This document shows positions 11,886-24,605 of a stretch of DNA of 64,000 nucleotides, in pieces. Origin of the DNA: Eledone cirrhosa (lineage: Eukaryota). Every line of letters starts with the position of its first letter. Positions within the stretch are counted from its first letter, which is position 1. Under the pieces are notes generated by a model. It was not told the origin of the DNA. It made no database searches and worked only from the letters and a program-made list of their open reading frames with translations. The stretch is from contig OZ024740.1 in the NCBI GenBank assembly GCA_964016885.1, positions 220,038,001-220,102,000 on the forward strand, written 5' to 3'. The position numbers and the translations under genes are program-made.

Positions 11886-14286
11886 ATACATATATTAACA
11901 CTTTAATATAAATACTTTGTATAGTAGAAACAGGGCAGTTTCTTGTGGTTTGGTAACAAAAGAGTTAAACAAATATTTCTTATTTTATAACTTATATTGA
12001 GGGAAGAAGACACTTGAAACTCAATACTGACTTTGTAAATATATGAGAAATAGGATTGTGCCAAAAAATGTCAGTGGAAATGTTTTTTCTTACTTTTAAA
12101 CCAATGATTTAAATGATGAGCAAAAGAGAAAAATACAATGCAGTAGATATTTCTCTTCTATTTGGTAGAAGTTATAAATAATCAAATTTTCAGAAATTCA
12201 GAGAAACATCAAATAAAGATTAGATGTAATCTTTATGTAAGATAATTTTTAACCAATGAAAAGGGATAATAGCTTTTATCAGCAATTTGTACATGCATGA
12301 AGATATGTGTTTATGTGTGATAAAATAAATTAATTTAATTTAACCACAAATAGGTTTACAAAGGAACATCTGGCTTTAAATATTCAAACTTTATATCCAA
12401 GTCATAAACATTATTAAAATGAATTATTAATATAATGTTTAATTATTGTTAGTTATTAATTAATAAAATCATATTAATTATATGAATTATTAATATAATT
12501 GATACTTTAAACCTTTTGATACAAAACTGCCTGAAACTGCTCTAGATTCTATGATAGTAAGCTGTTTTATTTTTAAATGATTATATTTTTCTTTAAACCT
12601 TTGTTACACTATGTTACCAGCTTCTTGAGGAGAGGGTTATATTACTAAATCTCTCAAAATTCTTAATTATTTTCAAAATTATTTGAAAATAATATGCTGT
12701 GTCTCTCATTAAAAATATGATAACGAAAATGTTAAATGCATTCTATTCTGGTACCTTATATGCTAATAGACTACAAATAACTACAAGCAGTCAAAAACAG
12801 AATCAGAAAGCAGGTAGTGTGTGTATATAAAGAATCATGAACATGAACAAAACTATCTAAGAACAGAAAGTAAATTTTAGGAAAGTAGAACAAATGACAC
12901 TTCTGAATATGTTCAGGAAGAAGAAGAATAAAAAGCATAAAAGTATTTAGGATAGCTAAACAGATGTTGAAAACAACACAAGATATCATAGGATATCATG
13001 TGTGCATCTATGTACAAGTACTGGTATGTAGTGATAACATGAAAACGGGAACAATTGAAGTGCTACCAGAAGTGATTAGTGAATAAAACAAAAATAAAAG
13101 ATAAATATGCTAAATAGAGCCCATCCTGGTAATAAAGTAGCTGAGAAGAATACAATAGAAAGCTAGTTATATTTTTTTTAGTAAAAATGCTAAAAAATAA
13201 TTTAAGGATTTTGGATACTGCCTGGTTGTGTGTTTAAGGAGTTTGCTTTGCAACCATATTGTTTCTGGCTCAGTCCCAGTGTTTTTCACTATATTCTCAA
13301 GTTGATCAACGCCTTGTGAGTGAAAATTGGTAAACAGAAACACTTCAGAAGCCCATTGTATACATATGTATGTGTGCATCTGTATTCATGCCTATTTTTA
13401 CATTTACTGATGCTTATAGCCCATAACTTAGATGTTTGACCAACAGAGATTGATAAAATAGGCATCAGACAACAAAAACAGAAGTACTAGTGTCAATATC
13501 AACAACAAAACCCTTGAAGGCGGCACCCTAGCATGGTCACAGTCAAATGACTATAACCAGTAAAAAAATTACTTTCTAAATTAAGTTTTTGTAATAAAAT
13601 TGTATTTAAATTACACAAAACAATTATTTATATTGAATAATTTCCATATTAGCATCAATAAATATTTGCACCATAGATTAACCTATCATTATGAATGATA
13701 TTAGAGCTAAGATTTGTTCTCTGTCTAACACTCACCAATCTCTGAAACTAAAGCTAACTATATTGACCCTGCAATTTATTCATTTTACCTTATCCTATTC
13801 TATGTCCTTTTGTTCGTTCCACAGGGACATGACAAAAGCTCTGAAAACTCTGGACTAATCGTTTTAGTATATCAAATAAACTTTGCATATTTTAGCTGCT
13901 TATATCACAAAAAAAAGAAGAAAAACCTATCAGCTCAATGCTGGTACAGCCTTGTCTACTTTCAAGTGTCACATCCTATATGTTCTGCTGGATCAAGGGT
14001 TGAGAGGGTGTTTACGTCAGTTTGTAACTACATGAACACCTCAAACTCTTAGTGAAAGTATGGTTCATACTATCAAGTCATTATGAGTGATGGCTATAAA
14101 CATAAGAACTAGAAATAAAACTAAAACGCTGACATCACCTAGCTTGTTATTAATTCATTTGATATTAAATCTAAACTATAATAAAGTAAGGAGTGCAGGA
14201 CTGTGTATGGTTTATAATTTTTTATCCCATTAGTAAAATAAGTTGGATAACTTTCAATAAAAAATTAATGAATATTACATAACTCA

Positions 14287-14648
14287 TCTACTAAATTTCA
14301 TGGCTGTTCATTAAATATATTTTATTGTTTATTTTAAGATTCACTTCTTTAAAATTTTCAAATGTCAACACTTCTGGTTAGCGATCGCTTAAATAAATAT
14401 TCATATATTTCCGTCACTAATTTTCTCCTAATGCAGTTTATATATAATATCGTCTTTTTTTAATGTATCATGGATTACGTTACTGATTACATAAGACAAT
14501 GTAACGTAGTCTTCGTTCAATTTCTGTGTATATTGTCAATTACGATTTTATTTGATCATATCTGCATGCATATATACTTGCGTATAATATCAATATACAC
14601 ACTACACATGGTAGCAGAAAACCACCCATAGGGTGTTTTTTCTGCTAG
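14287..14648 (+). mobile_element. Probable non-autonomous Helitron (3' end clear, 5' end tentative)
   Basis: Hairpin CACCC-ATA-GGGTG (14623-14635), 9-nt spacer, then CTAG|T at 14645-14649. Possible A|TC start at 14287; locally CpG-rich. Confidence 0.4.
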
Positions 14649-15486
14649 TTATTGTAATAGCAAGTTACTAAAATACATGTGTTTTAAGGCTATTTTCCCT
14701 GATAAAGCAGGGGTTAGCCTTATGGACTCTGTGATAGGCATTATACTTATCATGGGGTCCTTTTTAAGGCAATGTTTTACAGCTGATTGGTCTTCCTGGC
14801 ACTAACCCTTCTAGTCAACTTTTAAAACATGCAGGAATACAAATAACTATTCTAAACCAGATATATAGAGATTATTGAAATGAAGATGAATTTTTAAAGC
14901 CTTGTGATAGCTATAAGATACTAAACATCTTATCACATAACATATTAAAATCTAATGCCTAGCATAATAATAAAGTTATCAAATATTATAAGGGTCTAAA
15001 TTAAAGGTTCTCAACGGGGGGGGGGGGGGGGGGGATAAAAGAAAATCAAAAGAAATCAAAGAGAATGAAAGTAAGGACTACTTCAACAGAAATGACAAGA
15101 AGAAGCAATGGTGGTGAACATACACACATACATACATACATACACACACATATATACACATACATACACACACACATATATACACATACATACACACACA
15201 CACATATATACACACACAGGCCGGCGTTAGTGTTTGATGAAGTTGAGAACCTGGTCAGCTTTCAGCCAGAAGTGTGGTATTTAAACTCCCAAGGTAATAA
15301 AATCTGGCGACAATCTTACCAAAAAAAAAAGAAGACATAGATCATATCAACATCCTTACACACTTAAATATAAATGCATTTATATATACAAATGTATAAA
15401 TGCATAGCTATCTACATACGTAAATGTATGTATATATGTATGTATGTAGATTTATATATATATAAATCTACATATATTATATATAT

Positions 15487-17330
15487 ATCATCATCATCAT
15501 CAACGTTTAATGTCCGTGTTCCACGCTTGCATGGGTTTGGACGGGGGTTTTCCCACTTGAGGCAAGAGTGATTATCTTGTTCGCATAGGACTATCTGGCG
15601 GGTTTTCTACAGCTGGATGCCCTTCCTAACACCAACCACATTTACAGTGTGGGGCTGGGAGGTTTTTACCGTGTTGCCTACACGGCCACATTACAGCGTG
15701 GACTGTCTGGCGGGTTTCCTACAGCTGGATGCCCTTCCTAACACCAACCACATTTACAATGTGGGGCTGGGAGGTTTTTACCGTGTTGCCTACACGGCCA
15801 CATTACAGCGTGGACTGTCTGGCGGGTTTCCTACAGCTGGATGCCCTTCCTAACACCAACCACATTTACAATGTGGGGCTGGGAGGTTTTTACCGTGTTG
15901 CCTACACGGCCACATTACAGCGTGGACTGTCTGGCGGGTTTCCTACAGCTGGATGCCCTTCCTAACACCAACCACATTTACAGTGTGGGGTTGGGAGGTT
16001 TTTACCGTGTTGCCTACACGGCCACATTACAGCGTGAACTGTGTGTTTTTTTTGTCGTGACACCTACACGATCTCATTTGTTTCGGCCTGGATGTTGTGG
16101 CACCAACATAACTTTACATTGAAAGGGGCGGTGTGGATGGGGTGGTGGTGGTGGGACGGGGGTGTATTTTGTTAGAGATGCCTACTGACTGTAGTAGGTT
16201 TTACTTTGTATTTAGGTAAGGCGGGTCTTCTTTATTACTGAGTACCGCCAAAGGTCTCGGTCCAGTGACATTGTCTTGGTAAGGTGTAAGTGTGTGAGGT
16301 CGGAATTTATCAGCTCGTCCCAGGTTTTTCTGGGTCTGCCTATTCCGTGGCTACCGTCTATCTTTATTGCCCTGCACTTTGTTATACAGCTATCGTCTTT
16401 CATGCGCATCACGTGACCATACCAACGTAGCCTTCTCTCGAGTAAACAACATCTGATCCCTCTTATTTCTAATTTTTTCCTTAGTTCGTTTATGCTTTGC
16501 CGTTCACGTATATTACTATTACACATCCAGCGGAGCATGCAAGCTTCGTTTCTCTCTAGTCTGCATATATCCTCTGCACACAATGCCCAGGTCTCACTGC
16601 CATGCAACATTGCTGTTCGTATGCAGGCATCATACAACCTGCCTTTCATTTTTAGGGAGAACCCTTTAGCGGCTAATAGTGGTATAAGCTCTCTGAACTT
16701 TTTCCATCCAGTTCTGACTCTAGCTACTGTACTTTCAGAGCACCCTCCCCCTCTGCTGATTTTGTCACCCAGGTAACGGAAGCTGTCCACTATTTCTATA
16801 GAACCCTCTGCGCAGTTGAAAGAGCTAGTATTTTGTGGGCACTTGCTGCTACTTATTTCACCAGAACACTGGCCACATGTAAAATCTATGTTCTTAGTTA
16901 GCTTACCTGTGATCCCACTACATCTTTTATGCACCCATACTTTGCATTTGGGACACAAAATGGAGTTTCTGCCTACGCCTTTCCTACACACTGAGCATGG
17001 CCACTTCCCGGAAGGGACCGCCGCCTTATTTTCTTTCTTACAAACTAGAACTTTAGTCTTAGCCAGGTTAATTTTAAGGCCTTTTGATTCTAGGCCGTGC
17101 TTCCATGTTTGGAATTTCTTCTCTAGCTCTGCCATTGATTCAGCTATGAGTGTTAGGTCATCTGCATATAGGAGTTCCCATGGGCAACCAGTCTTGAACT
17201 CCTCTGTTATAGCCTGAAGGGCAATAATAAATAGTAGGGGGCTGAGAACAGAGCCCTGATGGATGCCAACTTTTACGCTAAACTCTTCACTATATTCGTT
17301 GTTAATTCTAACCTTGCTGACTGTTTCTTT

Positions 17331-17336
<6 letters not shown>
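15487..17336 (-). mobile_element. Young 5'-truncated RTE-clade LINE; ORF2 fragment 16212-17336 (RT with PHD-like finger), 3' UTR and (GAT)n tail
   Basis: Uninterrupted 374-aa ORF with [39 protein letters not shown] and GRPRKTW. Both ends abut TA microsatellite. Confidence 0.95.
15588..16035. repeat. Four tandem 112-bp units within the RTE 3' UTR
   Basis: CTACAGCTGGATGCCC recurs at 15607, 15719, 15831 and 15943; the sibling copy at 29011-29558 has a single unit. Confidence 0.95.
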
Positions 17337-17365
<29 letters not shown>

Positions 17366-17456
17366 CATATATTTATATATATATATATATATATACATAT
17401 ATAAATCTACATATATAAATCTACATACATACATATATTTATATATATATATATAT

Positions 17457-18040
17457 ATAGGAACAAGTAAGACCCCGTCGGGGTCTTACTTGTTCCTATT
17501 ACCCACTCTACTACCCTAAGTATTAAGTACTTTGGTGCGTTATGGTCCACCTGGTTCCTTACCACATTTCCTTCGTTATATATATATATATATATGGTGG
17601 CTGCCAACTCGTTTTCGAGTACGGCCACTACTTTATATCCATGTAGGAGAACCCCTACCGATGCGCTGAACGTGTGTGACTTTTTAGTCCAGCCAGCGAC
17701 TTGAAAACTCTGGTACAAACGCTACACTTGTGACAATTATTGACACATAGTGCTGGGCCCTTGGTACCATGTGACGACAAGTGCAAAGAGATCTCCAGAT
17801 ATAAAGCAATGCCTGTGCCGTGAAGCTTTTATAGTGAGCAAAGGCACTGCACAAAGCCAGTCCCACTCTCTTAACCAAGATGATATTTACCAAAAAGAAG
17901 AACAAGTCAACATCATTGGATACCATCAGAGTTGCAGGTGTTATATCAGAGTTTTCCTTCTCCTAGAATTCTGCCTTGACAAAGGCTAAGGGGTCATCTC
18001 TCCCGGTGATTTTGGATGGCCATTGACTCTTAAGAGCTCC
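17457..18040 (-). mobile_element. Unclassified non-coding retroposon-like insert with terminal perfect palindrome
   Basis: More GC-rich than its flanks. Flanked by direct repeat TAAATCTACATACATACATA (17416-17435, 18041-18060). Minus strand has CTAGGAGAAGGAAAACTCTGA, a motif I recall from RTE 5' UTRs. 21-bp-arm palindrome at 17457-17499. Confidence 0.5.
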
Positions 18041-18537
18041 TAAATCTACATACATACATACATATATATATATAAATCTACATACATACATATATACATA
18101 CATACATTTACGTATGTATATAGCTATGCATTTATACATTTGTATATATATATACATGCATTTATATTTAAGTGTGTAAGGTTATATATATATATGTGTG
18201 TGTATAATATATATATTATACACACACACACACACACATATATATATATGCAGTGTGACATGAAGCTTGTTTCCCAACCACACATATCCAGGTTCAGTCC
18301 CACTGCCCGAGCCGACCAAAGCCCTGTGAGTGGATTTGATAGATCAAAACTAAAAGAAGCCCGTCGTATATATGTATATATGTCTGTGTGTGTCTTTGCA
18401 TTTGTGTTTGCCCTCCCACCAATGCTTGTTGGTTTGTTGACGTCCCCATAACTTACCAAGATGATGCTCCAGCATGGGTGTAGTCCAGAGACAGAAAAAA
18501 GTAAAATGTGTGTGTGTGTGTGTGTGTGTGTGTAGAA

Positions 18538-20168
18538 GAGGGGTCTCAAACTCAAGGACACCAAAGGGCTATTACGTCCTGGAGGAGAGGCACAGTGGGC
18601 CAAACGTGGTGGTGGGTGAAAATTTTCACCAGTTATAATCATTTCTACTATAGGAACAAGGCATGAAATTTGGGGTTTTAGGGTTCAGTTGATTGCATCG
18701 ATCCTAGTACACAACTGATACTTAATTCTTGAGCCAATCCTTCGTAACAACCAGAATGGATTTAGGAGAGGTAGATCAACACTTAGCCAGATTCTCTGCC
18801 TTCGCCGACTTATAGAGGAGTCCCAAAACCGCAATCTAGACCTTGCACTCATCTTTGTTGATTTTTCAAAAGCCTTCGACTCAGTTGACAGGTCGGGGAT
18901 GTTTGAAATTCTACAACTCTATGGGATTCCTGATAAAATCATCGCGGCCATACGTGTAATGTATACAGATACCAAATCAACTGTCCTGACCCCAGATGGG
19001 GAAACACCACCTTTCTCAATCCTCGCTGGAATTTTACAGGGCGATACCCTTGCTCCGTATCTATTTATCATTGTTGTGGATTATGTTTTGCGCATGTCTG
19101 TGGATAGGATTCAGGATAGGGAATACCAACTACAGCCTAGGAGAAGCTCACGCTACCCAGCAAAATACTTGACCGACACCAACTTTGCTGACGACATCGC
19201 ATTGATCAGTCGGTCACTGGAAAATGCTGAGAGTCTTTTGAAGTCATTAGAGCAAGCATCCAACTGTTTTGACCTGTACCTCAACGAATCCAAGACTGAG
19301 TATGTGAACAGATGCGCAAACAGCCCAAATTACCCCATCAGAACCCTTAATGGTACCACCCTTAAGCAGGTGGAAGATTACAAGTATCTTGGCTCATATA
19401 TCTCCTCCTCCAAAAAAAATGTTCTAACCAGGAAGGGTATGGCATGGTCAGCGTGCAATGACATGCACGCCATATGGACATCTCAACTTACCAACAAGCT
19501 AAAACTGGAAATATTCCAAGCAACCATTAAGCCCATATTACTTTATGGATCCGAAACTTGGACACTAACATCACAACTTGAGAGGAGATTGGATGGCACA
19601 TATACCCGCCTCTTAATGAGAGTGCAAAACCTATCCTGGAAACGACATCCCACCTTGTCTAAAATCTATGGCAAACTCCCTCGAGCCTCTGCCCTTCTAA
19701 AATTCGGAGAGCTCAATTTGCTGGCCACTGTCACCGTGCCAGCAATGAAATCATATCCACTCTCTTGCTCTGGAATCCTGACTCCAGCCTGACTAGGAGT
19801 AGGAAGCTGTCATTCCCTGGCGTTATCTCTAGGGATACGGGAATCAGTAGACAGGACCTGGGGGCAGCGATGGGGGACAGGAAATTCTGGGGCATGAGAG
19901 TGAGATCCATCATCTCGACAGTAGTCGACGAATGGTGGATGGGTGGGTAATTCATCGACCCAAAAAGGATGTAAGGCAAAGTTGAGATTGGTGGCATTTG
20001 AACTCAGAACGTAAAAACAGAAGAAGTACAGTTAAGCATTTCGCCAGATGTGCTAACGATTCCACCAGCTCGCCGCCTTATTTTCACTAGTTATAATGCG
20101 ATATGAAATATTGGTTCTACCACGGGCCACAGATAAGTAGTTCGCGGGCTGCATGTGTGAGCCCCCTG
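18538..20168. mobile_element. hAT/Charlie-like MITE interrupted by a SINE-B that itself contains an RTE LINE
   Basis: Termini AGGGGTCTCAAAC and GTGTGAGCCCCCTG, with subterminal GGGCC motifs. SINE-B (-) at 18640-20079 is bounded by the 18-bp duplication ATTTTCAC(C/T)AGTTATAAT. Confidence 0.6.
18729..19947 (+). mobile_element. 5'-truncated RTE-clade LINE (different family), RT domain
   Basis: NQNGFRRGRST...FVDFSKAFDSV...GILQGDTLAPYLF...FADDIAL...YKYLG...LLYGSETW; late frameshift; TSD TAATTC at 18723-18728 and 19948-19953. Confidence 0.93.
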
Positions 20169-21888
20169 TTGGAGATAAATAGATAGATAGATAGACGTGT
20201 ACCAAACACACACACATTTCTTACTCTCTCTGTCCCTCCCTCTTTCTCGCTTCATTTATATATATATATGTGTGTGTGGAGCGTTGTTATTTGGCATTGT
20301 TGAAAAGAGCTGTGGCCTTTGACCTGGCAATAAAAAACTGTAGACAAAATTCTTTCTGTACCAAGGCACACACACACACACAAGTTTGTGTGCGTGTATG
20401 TATATGTGTGTGCGTGTGTCTATCTATGTTTATATATAAGGGATAAAAATATTGCTTTCTCAGTCACCAAGCTTCTCAATTAATTCCTTACTACTTATTT
20501 TGCTACGAGGTATATTATTTTGCAAGGTACTATTTTTCCCCTGAGTTTGTGATTTCAGAGAAAGGTAAGAAATTCTTCATATTTTGCATGTTTTGTATTT
20601 TGACTTTGCAGTTTCAATTGTCTATCCACTCAAAATATTACAACAGCTAACAGTGAAATATAGAATTTTAAAAAAAAAAAAGCTTTTTCGACTGAGATCA
20701 AATGTTTTTTTTTTATTTCAAAAATATATATTTGAAATAGCTTGCTTTTGTTTTGGACTGAAACTTTTTTGTATTTAATTCGTACGAGTATTTTTTAAAG
20801 AATCTAAGATAACTTGATTTGGCCCAGTAATCTACTGATATCAAAATCAGTAGTATATTGAAAAATGGAAAAATAGGGTAGGGGACGTTTTGTGATTTTG
20901 AGGGGCAAAAGGGGGTGTTTGGCCAAAATGGGTTGAGAACCTAAATGATAGTTTTCAAATAAATATAAACACTTTTAAAACAAATTCTTATCATTGAACA
21001 AGGGGTGCTTTTAGGAGGTCTGGTATCAATGTAAGCAATGATTTTTAATTAATTTTGAAAATAATCAAGAAGTTGGAGGGATTTAGTAATATAACTAACT
21101 TTCTCATTATTAAGCTGGGTTTTTTTTTTTAGCATAATTAACAAATCTACATATATAAAATTATTATTGAAGGTTTTTAGATTAATATATATACTATCAA
21201 ACAGGTCCTAGCACTAGGGATGGTTTCAGGCAGTTTGGTATCAAAAGGGTTAAGTTGTCTCTGAAGGCTAAGTAGTGTTTACAATACAGATGACCTGGTT
21301 TCATTACCAAAACTAAAAAGACCTGCAATAGAAATATGAAACTCATAAATAAAGGGGTTGAGAATGAACATGTCAGAAACCTTTACCAGTCAACAAAATA
21401 GAATAACGACCTTGTTTGTATTATTTAGAAAGGGAATATGCAGAAATCCTATACTATCAAAATACACCAATTAGAAGATTCATAAGAAAGCAGTGAACTC
21501 AAAAGAAATATAAGAAAATTCATATGAACCGTAGTGAATACAAACAGAATAATATAATAAATGTATAGTTTGTCATATCAACTATGGTCCTATTTAACAG
21601 CATAGATAATCTTTGTTAGTCTAAACATTGAAAAGGTATTGAGAAATTAAAAGGAGTATTTTCAAAAGAAAGCTATAATTTGGGAGAGGTTTTGGACAAG
21701 CATGCTATTGTGAGTGTATGACAACTGAGTAGATAAGGTAACAGTATCTTCACTAACAAGTAACCAGTTCATATCTTATTGTGTCTCTATGAAAATACCT
21801 TTTTTATATCTCTACCTATATATGACTTTTTATTCTAGTTTTATAACTCATTATGTGAGTACAATTTACATTAAACAACAAAAAAACT

Positions 21889-22121
21889 TTAACCCTTTTG
21901 TTGTGAGCCAAAATCAGCTCTAATTCTATGAAATAAAATCACCCATTTTAGAGGTTTCCAATTTAAATTAAATCTTCCAACATAATTTTATATAAGAACC
22001 TTACATTAAGTTACTATCTTAGCAATGAAATAATTACTAATTTTAGTAAATCTCTCAAAATTCTTCATTAACTAATTGAAATGACTGTGTTTCGTTAGAA
22101 ATATAGTTATGGAAGGGTTAA
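21889..22121. mobile_element. TTAA-flanked piggyBac-like MITE (abundant family)
   Basis: Termini TTAACCCTT...AAGGGTTAA. Related copies at about 12508-12740, 21030-21253, 33286-33550, 39216-39463, 47405-47640, 49420-49595, 55945-56200 and 56980-57256. Confidence 0.65.
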
Positions 22122-24142
22122 CATTTCAAAGTTTTGGTCACTAACTACAATACAAGCATTTTATTGCTATTTTCCCTGCTAATAATAATGATGCCAATGA
22201 TGAAACATAATTTGTGGAGAAAATTTGGGAAAATATCAAAATAATTTATTTGAATTTAAAAGGTCAAGTCAGTACAGTAAGTTTTTAAAACATATTTTCT
22301 GTGCAGATGATGATAATTGGGTGAAGAAGTGACAGAAGTTCCAAGTAGAATGAAGATGTGATAGATGTAGTTCAAGGAAGAATTGTGTAGATGTTGTGAA
22401 ATTGGATCTTGATATATAGAAATACAGCAAGGGCCAAGATGCTGTATTACAGTCACGGGCAGTCAACTGCAGTCAACTGCAGCCCATTTGGCTTTCTGAG
22501 TGGCATACCTAACTTCAAAATTGCCTCGAATTATTTAGTAGTGCAGCAGGCCTTAATGATAAGCCATATGTTATGTGGCCTACTGCTTGAAAAAGGTTGC
22601 CCATGCCTGCTTTATTGGATAGAACATGCTCGACCCATAAAAGCATAGAAAATCAGGCGTAAAAATGAAGACTATGATGAGTTGCACAAGTTGACAAAAA
22701 AAATTTTCCAAAATTAAAAAGAAAAAAATTAAAGATTTTTTTTCCTGCAATTTTTCATGTTAATACGTTATTTTCATATCTCCCAAGAGAAAACAATCAT
22801 ATAGAATTTCTGTTAAATACATTATAATGTACTTTTGAGAATTCTTGCTATGTTTATTTATTTGTTATAAAAGATAATTTGACAAAATTTCCTCCAATGA
22901 ATTTTATTCTCATTTCAGCTATTTTGATAGCTATATTTGATGCTTTGGTGTCATTTTATTATATTAGCTTAAATCAAAGAAATCTGTAATATAATATTTT
23001 CCAATAATTTCTATCTTCAGTCATTTAATCTTATGTAATTTCCTAGACTTGCCTTAATGGAATTCTACTATAGAAATGTTCTTCCACTACCAAATCAGCA
23101 TGTTATCATCTACCACATTGTATATACATGCCAGAACAGCCATCTATGTTGCACATATCAGATGACAGATTGGCAGAGTTTTCAGAATGTAGAACAAAAT
23201 ACCTTGTGGTATTTGTTTCAGCTCTATGTGCCTTGAGTTCAAATGAGATGCACTGTGGTATTTGCTTCGGTTCCTTGGATTCTGAGTTCAAATCCCACTG
23301 TGGCCTATTTGGATGGTAAACATAATTCATCATTTAGGTTAGCACCACCACCTGGGCCTTTGGTACCTTTAGTGAAGTCCACTTTGTTGTAAGTCTAGAA
23401 ATTAAGAATACCTTCTTTTTTTCTTCCCCCTCACTGATCTCAAAGGCTCTAAAAACGGTCATGAACACTGCCAGTCCCTCCATGACTAAACAGTAAAAAC
23501 AATCTATCAACTAATACATTTGTAGTACAGCTGCTTTCTCAATTCAGAATTTACAATTCTCAATTCAACAAATTATAATCAACTTCTTCAAATTTATAAT
23601 ATATCACCTAATACAAGTGGCATTCACATTCCAAAATAGAAGAAAGATCATGTCAATAATTTTATAATTCCACCAGAGTTTCCATTTGATATTTTTGGTA
23701 AAAACTAATTATAACTATTCCAAATTATTGTATAAACTCATAGATATGTCACAGATTTGTGACATATGTATAAAAAAAGAAAAGAAACATACATGAAAAA
23801 CCATTTGCAATTTATCTGCCATACCTTGATGTGGGCTTGAAATTTGCAGCATGCACTAACACACACACAAATGATTGAGTATGTATATCAATACTCAGTC
23901 TATATGAATATCAGTGTTGTAAATAAATATATATCGATGATGCCATGTGCAAAACCAAAAACAACTGCTTTAGCAGAGTTTGATTTTCCTGCAAAACATA
24001 CGCACCTATGATGATACATAGTTTTATGAATCTCTATGTACAAATCTTCTATTTGTGTAAAACATATATGTGCAGTTCTCTAATACTCTAATGCCAACTA
24101 GATGCAGCATATATTGTCCATCAACTAGGACTTAAAATGATT

Positions 24143-24605
24143 GCTTTCCAGCACAGTTACGTCCCTTTACGATCTGAGTTCAAATCCTGCCGAGGTTGAC
24201 TTTGCCTTTCATCCTTACGGGGTCGATAAAATAAAGTACCAGTAATGCACTGGGTAATTGCTGGCCTTGTGCCTAAAGTAGAAACAATTATTATCATTTA
24301 AAGGGTGGTGAATTGGCAGCATCGGTAGAGCATCAGACACAATACTTTACAGCATAGAGTTATGGCCCTTTACGTTCTGAGTTCAAATCCCGCCTAGTTT
24401 AACTTTGCCTTTCATCCTTACGGGGTCGATAGAATAAAGTACCAGTAATGCACTGGGGTAATTGCTGACCTTGTGCCAAAAGTAGAAACAATTATTATCA
24501 TTTAAACACATTTTCAAATAATAATTGTTTCTACTTTTTTGGCACAAGGCCAGCAATTACCCAGTACATTACTGGTACTTTATTTTATCGACCTCGTAAG
24601 GATGA
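24143..24605. mobile_element. Two tandem SINE-B copies (+) followed by an inverted 5'-truncated SINE-B (-)
   Basis: Meta-like block at about 24195 and 24400, with its reverse complement at 24519-24605. ATTTTCAAATAATAAT is duplicated around the inverted copy. Confidence 0.85.
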
